64,000 nucleotides of DNA from a virus. This document shows positions 6,254-13,025 of this stretch, piece by piece. The notes under the pieces are model-generated. The model saw nothing but the letters and a program-made list of their open reading frames with translations. It was not told the DNA's origin and made no database searches. The translations under genes were made by a program, and so were the position numbers. The DNA is taken from the IMG/VR virus record IMGVR_UViG_3300045051_000978, positions 1 through 64,000 of that record. One strand, written 5' to 3'. Numbering within the stretch: position 1 is the first letter of the stretch; each line of letters begins with the position of its first letter.

Positions 6254-6724
6254 TTACCACGTGGCGTCGGTATCGCGCACGCGTCGAAGAAACAGAAACT
6301 CAATTGGCTCACCGCGCCGAATCGCGGCAACAGAGCGATGGTAACCGTCGCCGTGGTTCATCTCGTCCGAAGCCCATTCCCTGAACGAAGCTCCACTTCC
6401 AACGATGTACGGCCACCTCTCCTGACCTGCATCCCACAGGCTCGCAATGTGCCGAATACGCTTTTCGTCAGAAGCGTGCAGCGGCTTCTCAGAGCCAAGC
6501 TTCCAGCCGATACCGTACCACGCCTTGCGCATCTTCTCGGCTGGATACGCTTGCAATCTGTAAACGTATTTTCGGACGTGCTCATCGTACTCGTCCTCCT
6601 CGACGCCACCATCCACGATCATGTACTGCCAGAGTGCGTCTTTGGCACGTTTTGGCAGGCTGTCGTACGAAATCCAGCGCCCTTCGCAAAGAAGGGCCTC
6701 AACGATGCGCTGAGCTGACAGCAT
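6254..6724 (-). CDS. hypothetical protein with N-terminal xxLLxE peptide, possibly ParB-like (GDGYHR)
   Basis: 156 aa ORF starting MLSAQRIVEALLCE; DGYHR resembles the ParB/Srx motif. Confidence 0.7.
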   Translation of the reverse strand: MLSAQRIVEALLCEGRWISYDSLPKRAKDALWQYMIVDGGVEEDEYDEHVRKYVYRLQAYPAEKMRKAWYGIGWKLGSEKPLHASDEKRIRHIASLWDAGQERWPYIVGSGASFREWASDEMNHGDGYHRSVAAIRRGEPIEFLFLRRVRDTDATW

Positions 6725-6739
6725 GCTTTACGTACAGAA

Positions 6740-6815
6740 TGGCTGCCGCGGTGGGCCACGATCCCACAACCTTCGGAGTCAGAGTCCGACGCTCTGCCAA
6801 TTGAGCTACGCGGCG
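6740..6815 (-). tRNA. tRNA-Gln(CTG)
   Basis: TCGGA-CTCTGAC-TCCGA, mismatched 1:72 pair, T-loop ATCGTGG, CCA. Confidence 0.9.
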
Positions 6816-6829
6816 TCTACGAAATACTC

Positions 6830-6938
6830 CAGCGGGAGTTTGTCCTGCGGTCGTCTCGGATGTGCATGTACCGGTCATCCTCGTCGCCGTGGCTCAGGAC
6901 TGTTGCATCCACGCGTTGCAATGCGCGCAGCCCCGCTG
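6830..6938 (-). ncRNA. unassigned structured RNA
   Basis: CAGCGGGG/TCCCGCTG terminal stem, inner stems GTCCTG/CAGGAC and GGATG/CATCC. Confidence 0.45.
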
Positions 6939-6942
6939 AAAT

Positions 6943-7078
6943 TGGTGGACCTGCGGAGGAGTCGAACCTCCAGGCAGCGTGACCGGTCTGGCACTCGCGC
7001 CGCCTCCATCCCTGGGATTCACCCGCGGCCCGGATTGATTACCGGCAAAGTTCCCACACCGCAGGATCGGGCAAGCCC
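6943..7078 (-). ncRNA. CCA-ended RNA with alanine identity elements, 136 nt
   Basis: GGGCTTGC/GCAGGTCC stem (G3:U70), A73, CCA, canonical T-arm GGAGG-TTCGACT-CCTCC; no standard anticodon arm. Confidence 0.65.
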
Positions 7079-7082
7079 AAAA

Positions 7083-7173
7083 TGGTGGTAGCGGCTGGAG
7101 TTGCACCAGCGGTGTTTACCTCAGGGGTGACGGATTTACAGTCCGTGTCGTTCGCTGCTACGGGTACGCTACC
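7083..7173 (-). tRNA. tRNA-Tyr(GTA)
   Basis: ACGGA-CTGTAAA-TCCGT, long variable arm, T-loop TGCAACT, CCA. Confidence 0.9.
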
Positions 7174-7751
7174 AAGAAATCGTTTGCGAGCTTACGCACG
7201 CGCTCCAGGCACTTCTCGTAGTGCGCATTGGCCCAGACGTGCATGAACGTCGGCTTTTGACCACCGAGCAGCGACCGCGGATTGGCGATCACGTGCTCTG
7301 GAAAAAGGGCTCGTCTCTTCACGACAGCCGGAAGAGCCAAAAGGCTGGCCATGAAATCTTGCTCCTGCAACCGGTGATCCAGCCAGTTCGGCATGCTGTC
7401 GTGGACCGTAGACAGAAGCCAGTTTGACCATCTGCCGGCCTTGTACAGGACTGCGCCGCTACAGATGCCGTTGTAGTCCTGCGACGCCGTGAACTCAACC
7501 GACTCGTCGTATACAATCGGATCGCACTTCACAGGTACGATGTCGATGTCCATCCACATGACGTAGTCGAACGCCTGGAGCTTCGAGCGCACCAGCGCGT
7601 AGCGGCTTTTGTATGGATGAACGCCCTGGGGTGAAGACTGTAGTTCGTACTCCCACCCATTCCGAGCGCACCAGCGCTGGACAGCAGGTGAGGCGGCTTC
7701 CGCGTACGGTCTGTACCTGGCGTCAACCGCCTGGAAAATAAGCCGACCCAT
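7158..7751 (-). CDS. GT-A fold glycosyltransferase (GT34-like)
   Basis: FDYVMWMDID DxD motif, DYNGICSGAVL and EQD motifs. Confidence 0.75.
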   Translation of the reverse strand: MGRLIFQAVDARYRPYAEAASPAVQRWCARNGWEYELQSSPQGVHPYKSRYALVRSKLQAFDYVMWMDIDIVPVKCDPIVYDESVEFTASQDYNGICSGAVLYKAGRWSNWLLSTVHDSMPNWLDHRLQEQDFMASLLALPAVVKRRALFPEHVIANPRSLLGGQKPTFMHVWANAHYEKCLERVRKLANDFLVAYP

Positions 7752-8203
7752 CAGTACCTCGAAAACCCTCGGCGGCTGAAAGCGCGGTCGTAGCTTTTGA
7801 CATCTTCGAGGGACCGACGCTGAAGCGATCCGATCCAGTAGCGAATTTCGTCCGCTCCACGCTCAAGCGCGCCTGCGTGCACGAAAATGGCCTTGCGCCG
7901 TCGCCACAGCTTCCACCCGTCGCCTTCCTGGCGTGCCAGGCGTGCCTTCACCGTCACGTAACCTTTGTCTACGGAATTGATCAGTGTCAGCCGAACGTGC
8001 GTGTAAACGCGACCGTTCGCGTTGAGTGCGGTGATGGGCTCGTGAAGTGGGATGTTCAGCACCGCGACGTTGTCGCTGAGCGCCGTCATCCCAAGCTCTG
8101 TTGCGATCTCTCTGATCGGCGAAGGCTGGTCCAGAAAATCGCGAATGGCGTCCAGGTCGGAGTCATCGTCGTCCACGCCGTTCTCGCCGTTCTCGATCAG
8201 CAT
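7751..8203 (-). CDS. hypothetical protein
   Basis: Start moved to ATG 8203 (MLIENG) because the longer ORF runs through tRNA-Trp; stop overlaps the next ATG. Confidence 0.65.
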   Translation of the reverse strand: MLIENGENGVDDDDSDLDAIRDFLDQPSPIREIATELGMTALSDNVAVLNIPLHEPITALNANGRVYTHVRLTLINSVDKGYVTVKARLARQEGDGWKLWRRRKAIFVHAGALERGADEIRYWIGSLQRRSLEDVKSYDRAFSRRGFSRY

Positions 8204-8215
8204 CCTGGCGGAAAG

Positions 8216-8288
8216 TGGCACGGAGAGAGGGTGCTGCCCCCTCCAGGACTGGTTTTGGAGACCGGTCTGCACAGCTGGTGCCCTCCGT
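8216..8288 (-). tRNA. tRNA-Trp(CCA)
   Basis: Anticodon loop CTCCAAA, G73, aberrant T-loop GGCAGCA, CCA. Confidence 0.8.
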
Positions 8289-8289
8289 A

Positions 8290-8529
8290 TCAAAGCTCTG
8301 GAAACATGCCTCGTTGCTTGCCGCGGCTGTAGTAGCGCGGGTCCTCGGCGAGGTGGTCGAGTGCGATCTCCTCGGCGACCTTCGGGTCGTTCGTGTGCTC
8401 CATCTCGACCTCGATCCCCATCTTCAGCTCCTCGGGATCGACGCCGCTGGTGTCGTGCAGCTCGCCTTGACGACTTCCACCTGGGATGTGGTCTTCAAGG
8501 AGTCTGTTTACGATCAAGCGCGCATTCAC
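8290..8529 (-). CDS. DUF5661-like phage protein with N-terminal LLE peptide
   Basis: ELKMGIEVEMEHT...IALDHLAEDPRYY motif; TAGTTA 4 nt upstream of GTG. Confidence 0.8.
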   Translation of the reverse strand: MNARLIVNRLLEDHIPGGSRQGELHDTSGVDPEELKMGIEVEMEHTNDPKVAEEIALDHLAEDPRYYSRGKQRGMFPEL

Positions 8530-8542
8530 GCCCTAACTAGAG

Positions 8543-8618
8543 TGGTGGAGCGGGGGAGAGTTGCACTCCCGACCTTCGCAATGCCATTGCGACGTTCTGC
8601 TATCTGAACTACCGCCCC
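8543..8618 (-). tRNA. tRNA-Ala(GGC)
   Basis: G3:U70, TCGCA-ATGGCAT-TGCGA, T-loop TGCAACT, CCA. Confidence 0.92.
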
Positions 8619-8623
8619 GAAAG

Positions 8624-8880
8624 TGGGGGCTGTCGGGGTTTTCACCCTTTGTCGGCAACAGCCGGGTGCCGGCGCAGTTGATTTCACGCTTTGTCGTCCC
8701 GTGCTTCAGCGCCAGGGATCGAACCTGGCCTACCGAGTAACCCCGGCGTTCACCGTAAACTACGCGAAGCACGTCTACTGCGAAAGCAAGCGGCACCCCT
8801 TTTACGCTGACGGACAGATTCGTGATTTCGAGGTCGCACGACCGACCCGCTGCCGTCCCACGGACAAGCCAAGTGCCGCT
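8624..8880 (-). ncRNA. unassigned multi-domain RNA region with an embedded tRNA-like domain and a CCA end
   Basis: Closed domain 8789-8880 (AGCGGCACTT/GGGTGCCGCT); cloverleaf 8700-8773 with 4-nt anticodon-position loop and TTCGATC T-loop; terminal GGCTGTTG/CGACAGCC followed by CCCA. Confidence 0.5.
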
Positions 8881-8883
8881 AAA

Positions 8884-8959
8884 TGGTGGAAGTGACAGGA
8901 CTCGCACCTGCAACCTGATGCTTGCAAAGCACCTGCTCTACTAATTGAGCTACACCCCC
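8884..8959 (-). tRNA. tRNA-Ala(TGC)
   Basis: G3:U70, anticodon loop TTTGCAA, T-loop TGCGAGT, CCA. Confidence 0.92.
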
Positions 8960-8970
8960 GTGAAAACTGT

Positions 8971-9204
8971 TTACCAAACGACCGGATTGGAAGTTCGGTT
9001 ACCGATCTGCTCGCCGTTCGCAAGGTACGACTGCTCGCCAGAACTGTAAACGAATTTCAACTCATGACCGGTATCGTTCCGGAGGCTGGCTCCTGGAGCC
9101 ACCGTGAGAGGTTCGCCGATGGTCAATGTCTGGCCCTCCAGCTTGAGGCTCGGGTACCGGCCCAGGCGCGAAACGCGCACACTTCCTTTCAACGTCATGC
9201 TCAT
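8971..9204 (-). CDS. hypothetical protein
   Basis: 77 aa from ATG 9204 (MSMTLKGSVRV), GTTCT upstream; the longer ORF overlaps tRNA-Gly. Confidence 0.6.
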   Translation of the reverse strand: MSMTLKGSVRVSRLGRYPSLKLEGQTLTIGEPLTVAPGASLRNDTGHELKFVYSSGEQSYLANGEQIGNRTSNPVVW

Positions 9205-9218
9205 GCTTGGTTCAGAAC

Positions 9219-9294
9219 TGGAGCACCCGACCGGCTTTGCTCCGGCGACATCCACGTTGGCAACGTGGTGCTCTACTGGCTGAGCTACGGGTGC
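9219..9294 (-). tRNA. tRNA-Gly(GCC)
   Basis: CCACG-TTGCCAA-CGTGG, U73, T-loop AGCAAAG, CCA. Confidence 0.92.
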
Positions 9295-9299
9295 AGAAA

Positions 9300-9405
9300 T
9301 GGGTTGCAGACGCAACGTTGAGAGGTAAGCTCCGGGGCGCTCGCTTCGGTGGAGAGTTGGCACTCGATCAACACCTGGGCAAGCGCCCCGGAACCATTCC
9401 TACAA
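9300..9405 (-). ncRNA. unassigned long hairpin RNA ending in CCA
   Basis: GTTCCGGGGCGCTTGC/GCGAGCGCCCCGGAGC stem, terminal TTGTAG/CTGCAA followed by CCCA. Confidence 0.5.
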
Positions 9406-9538
9406 AGAACAGAACACCCAGTTGCATGGCCTTTTGCCGTGCACCCGCTGGTTTACTGATCTCCAGGGCTCCGTAACCCCTTCGACCTTCTCGGCGGTCT
9501 TCGCGACCTTATCGCAGTCGCTCGCGGCCTTACGGCTT

Positions 9539-9576
9539 AAAATGAAAAACCCGCTATCCGTTTCCGGGTAGCGGGC
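9539..9576 (-). terminator. attenuator terminator upstream of the RNA array
   Basis: CCCGCTACCCG-GAAA-CGGATAGCGGG followed by TTTTTCATTTT. Confidence 0.8.
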
Positions 9577-9601
9577 TAAAAAGTCCTGATGACCCTCCAG
9601 C

Positions 9602-9730
9602 TTATCCGCTACCCTCCACTGGTTCCTCCGAACGAATTCCAAACGAGTCACACGGCAGGGAGGAACCACTAAGGGCGTAATGCCCTTTCGCGTTCAACCA
9701 CATCGTGGCGTTTGTCTGTTGGAGTCTCAT
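9602..9730 (-). CDS. putative leader peptide, 42 aa (MRLQQTNATMWLNAKGHYALSGSSLPCDSFGIRSEEPVEGSG)
   Basis: ORF between promoter and terminator; its last codons (GGGTAGCGG, 9614-9606) are complementary to the terminator 5' arm (CCGCTACCC, 9574-9566). Confidence 0.6.
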   Translation of the reverse strand: MRLQQTNATMWLNAKGHYALSGSSLPCDSFGIRSEEPVEGSG

Positions 9731-9776
9731 TTTCGGGTCAGTCGGCGCACCACCCGGCGCGCCGTCAGTGCGGATG

Positions 9777-9810
9777 AATCTATCGATCTGAGTTGTTTAC
9801 AGCAACAACT
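9777..9810 (-). promoter_or_regulatory. sigma70-like promoter with overlapping inverted repeat
   Basis: TTGCTG-17 nt-TAGATT; perfect inverted repeat AGTTGTT-N6-AACAACT at 9791-9810 covers the -35. Confidence 0.6.
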
Positions 9811-9886
9811 ATTTTCGGCTCCGTTTACAGATTTTCGTAAGACCTCTGGTAGGCAACAGGTTACAGACGAAAAATTCCTGGTGGAT

Positions 9887-10228
9887 TCACGGAACCGCTA
9901 CGCCCTCAACCGGCGGCGTGATGAACAGCGGAGGCAGTGTCGTCTTCACGTGGTTGCGCACGCCGGGCAGGATCAACCTCTTGACCTGCTGATGGATAGG
10001 GCTGGAGCCTGTGCGCCACGCACCGCGGTAGCCGATGGCGATGCCCTCGCCGCGTTGCGCCTTGGACACGCGATACTGCACCTGCGCCTCGGTGAGGCCC
10101 GTGTGCTCCGCGATGGCCTTGGTGGTCATCCCGAGCATCGCCAGGGACACCACCGCAACGTCCTGCGCGACACGACCGTCGAAGGTGATCTTGTGCCGCG
10201 TCTTGAATTTCTTGGTGTTCGTGTTCAT
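9887..10228 (-). CDS. HTH DNA-binding protein
   Basis: GMTTKAIAEHTGLTEAQVQYRV helix-turn-helix; ATG 10228 overlaps the upstream stop. Confidence 0.65.
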   Translation of the reverse strand: MNTNTKKFKTRHKITFDGRVAQDVAVVSLAMLGMTTKAIAEHTGLTEAQVQYRVSKAQRGEGIAIGYRGAWRTGSSPIHQQVKRLILPGVRNHVKTTLPPLFITPPVEGVAVP

Positions 10229-10569
10229 CGCGGGCTCATGTGCGAAGCCACCTTGAGAGCCGTGGTCAGGACGGCGAGGTTCAGACCACACCGCGGGCAG
10301 AAACACGGCGCGTCGCCGCCCTGGGCCTCGACAATCGTCGGTCGCTGCGAGTCGCGGTACGCCTTGGTGCGCCGATCCACGCGAGGCGTGTCCAGCACCG
10401 TGAGCGCGGTCGATCCATTCTGCCGCAGCGCTGCGCCGCGTGGGCCGAGAGCCGTCGGAATCAGACCGGAGTGTTTACGACCTACGTGCATGCGCAAAGC
10501 CGCCTGAGCTTGCATCGCGCTGGGCTTGGTGAACTTCCGGCCGCAGTCCTTACATTCGAGTGTTGTCAT
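10225..10569 (-). CDS. zinc-finger protein (C2H2-like plus CPRC)
   Basis: CKDCGRKF...LRMHVGRKH and FCPRCG; translationally coupled to the ligase gene. Confidence 0.7.
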   Translation of the reverse strand: MTTLECKDCGRKFTKPSAMQAQAALRMHVGRKHSGLIPTALGPRGAALRQNGSTALTVLDTPRVDRRTKAYRDSQRPTIVEAQGGDAPCFCPRCGLNLAVLTTALKVASHMSPR

Positions 10570-12584
10570 GCTTCTTCCTCTTCGCTTTGGTCGAGCCCTG
10601 CGGCAACAGGAACGCTCGTTCCCATCAGACCGTAGAGCTTCTCTTCGTCGATCACCTCAACGCCGTGCTTCTTGGCTGCGTTGGCTTTGGTAGCTCCGGC
10701 ATCAGCACCCATGATCAAATAGTGCACCTTTGCGCTGACGCTGGACTTGACGGTCCCGCCAGCCGCTTCGATGCGACGAATGACCTGATCACGTGTGCCG
10801 GATTGCAATGAACCGGTGATGACGAAAACTTTGCCCGTAAGCGGACCGGCGGACGCGGTCTCCGCTTCGAGCTTGTACCCCAAAGCGACCAAGCGCTCCA
10901 CCTCTTCGGCGTTGGCTTCCAGGTACGAAACGAAGCTCGCAGTCTTGACGCGCCCAAGCACGCGCTGCATGGCCGACTGACCGAATTCGTTCGGCCGAAG
11001 CGCTTCGATCATCGCGTCCAGGTTGGGCCACTGCGTCGCCACGTCCTGGCACGTGCTCTTGCCCCAGCCCTCGATGCACAGCGCGTTGAGCTTGCGCCAG
11101 AGGGGCGCGCTTTTGGCCGCGGCAATGCCCTCGCTGACCTTCTTGCGCTGTGCCGGCTTGAGAAACGAAAAATCCGACGCTGCGAACAAGTCGGACAGCC
11201 GTCGGATTCCGTTTTCAACGAAGAGCTTGGCAACGACATCGCCACACCCGTCGATGTCGAGAGCGCCTTTGCCTGTGGCGTAGATCAATCGCGCTTCCAC
11301 CTGCTCGGCGCAGTCGGGATTGGCGCAGTACAGGTCCACGAAACCGGCCGGCTGCTCCAGGGGACCCTTGCAGCACGGGCACACCAGCGGGATTCTGTAG
11401 ACGCCTTCCAACGCCTTCTTGGCGAGGCCCATCACTTTCGGAATGATCTCGGCCGATTTCTCCACCAGGACCGAGTCCCCAATGTTGATCCCAAGGCGAA
11501 CGATTTCGTCCTGGTTGCAGAGCGATGCGCGCCGAACGGTCGTTCCGCCCAGGAGCACAGGTTCCAGCTCCGCCACGGGCGTGATACGCCCTGTGCGACC
11601 CACCTGGAGCGTCACGTCCAGAAGCTTGGTGGCCTTGCGCTCCGGCGGGTACTTGTAGGCGACTGCCCACTTGGGAGCCCGCGTTCCCTCGCCAAGCTCG
11701 CGCTGGCGGGCGAGGCTGTTGATCTTGAAGACGAGGCCGTCGGTCGCAACGCATAGGCTTTTTCGTCGAAAATCGGCGTCTGCGATTTCGCGCTCAAGCT
11801 GCGCTGGATTGCGAACCGTGACCACACGCGCAACCGCGTCGCTTTCGCGCACGACAGGAATCGTGTAAACGGTTTGGAACCCGAGTTCCTGAAAGAGCGC
11901 GATCAGCGCGTCGTGCGTGTCGATGCCCTCGATCTGGTTGGGCGTGCCGTGGGCCACGAACGAAAGCCGGCGCTTGGCGACCTCGGCCGGGTCCTTCAGT
12001 TTGAGCGTGCCGGCCGCGGCGTTGCGGGCGTTGGCAAAGGGCTCGTCACCGGCCTCCACAGCTTCCGCGTTCAGCTCCTCGAACACGGTGCTTTGCATGT
12101 ACACCTCGCCCGTCACCTCGATGTTCCGCGGGTCTCCCATCAGGCGCAGCGGGATGGTCTCGATGGTCCTCGCGTTGACCGTCACGTCATCGCCATGCTC
12201 GCCGTCGCCTCGCGTGACGGCCTTGACGAGCTTGCTGTCCACGTAGATCAGCTTCAGGGACAGCCCGTCGATCTTGGGCTCCAGGACGAGTTCGCGTTCG
12301 TCCTGCACGCCGCGCAGCACTTCGTCAGCTGTAAACGCGTTGTCCAACGAGAGCATCCGGCGTGCATGCTTGACCTTGCTGAACGAGACAACCGGAGCAC
12401 CGATGCGCTGGGTAGGGCTGCTGGGGTCGTGATGCTCGGGATGCTTCTGTTCCAGGTCTCGAAGCTCCCGGAAGAGCCTGTCGTATTCCTCGTCGGTCAC
12501 CGTCGGCGCAGCGAGGACGTGGTACTCGTGGTTGTATTGCGTGAGCAGCTCGCGCAGCTGCTCGATACGGTCAACAGGACTCAT
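10566..12584 (-). CDS. ligA: NAD-dependent DNA ligase
   Basis: EPKIDG adenylation motif, TRGDG, FANARNAAAG, QVGRTG, Cys4 zinc finger, C-terminal BRCT domain. Confidence 0.97.
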   Translation of the reverse strand: MSPVDRIEQLRELLTQYNHEYHVLAAPTVTDEEYDRLFRELRDLEQKHPEHHDPSSPTQRIGAPVVSFSKVKHARRMLSLDNAFTADEVLRGVQDERELVLEPKIDGLSLKLIYVDSKLVKAVTRGDGEHGDDVTVNARTIETIPLRLMGDPRNIEVTGEVYMQSTVFEELNAEAVEAGDEPFANARNAAAGTLKLKDPAEVAKRRLSFVAHGTPNQIEGIDTHDALIALFQELGFQTVYTIPVVRESDAVARVVTVRNPAQLEREIADADFRRKSLCVATDGLVFKINSLARQRELGEGTRAPKWAVAYKYPPERKATKLLDVTLQVGRTGRITPVAELEPVLLGGTTVRRASLCNQDEIVRLGINIGDSVLVEKSAEIIPKVMGLAKKALEGVYRIPLVCPCCKGPLEQPAGFVDLYCANPDCAEQVEARLIYATGKGALDIDGCGDVVAKLFVENGIRRLSDLFAASDFSFLKPAQRKKVSEGIAAAKSAPLWRKLNALCIEGWGKSTCQDVATQWPNLDAMIEALRPNEFGQSAMQRVLGRVKTASFVSYLEANAEEVERLVALGYKLEAETASAGPLTGKVFVITGSLQSGTRDQVIRRIEAAGGTVKSSVSAKVHYLIMGADAGATKANAAKKHGVEVIDEEKLYGLMGTSVPVAAGLDQSEEEEA

Positions 12585-12599
12585 GTTCTATTAGGGAAG

Positions 12600-13025
12600 A
12601 TGAATGAAATCGCCAATTTCGTCAGCAGCCTTGCACTGCTGGCTGCCGTCGCAATCGTGATCGTCGCCTGCGCGACGCTTTGCGATCCCTTCGTAAACGT
12701 CTTGAAGGCTCTTGAACGATTCCTGACGGCCAGCACGGACAAATTGTTTACAATTTCTGCGCCACAAGTCCAGCCTGAAAAAACGGCTGAACCTGAGAGG
12801 CCGAAAACCGTGCTGCCAGAAGAGGCGAAAGCCAAGCCAGAAGAGCCTCGGCCGAACGCCTATTGCATCGAGTGCGGAACGCCTATTCGGCGCGACCCGA
12901 TAAGCTCCATCGTTCTGCCAGGCACCTCGTACCTGACCTTTGAATGCGCCGAGTGTGGGGAGATGAGCCTGAAGCCGCAGCGCTCAACCGAGGAGGTTGG
13001 CAACGACGCGCAGAGCCCCACGTGA
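12600..13025 (+). CDS. membrane-anchored zinc-ribbon protein
   Basis: N-terminal TM helix, CIECG and CAECG; ATG 12600 downstream of GTTCT. Confidence 0.65.
   Translation: MNEIANFVSSLALLAAVAIVIVACATLCDPFVNVLKALERFLTASTDKLFTISAPQVQPEKTAEPERPKTVLPEEAKAKPEEPRPNAYCIECGTPIRRDPISSIVLPGTSYLTFECAECGEMSLKPQRSTEEVGNDAQSPT

Noticed and set aside
5824-7078. Full tmRNA (ssrA)
   Set aside because: The two tmRNA-like elements are self-closed at 119 and 136 nt and no tag reading frame is evident.
2631-9476. Many short listed ORFs overlapping tRNA and ncRNA genes
   Set aside because: They translate RNA genes, have no protein motifs and are expected by chance at high GC.
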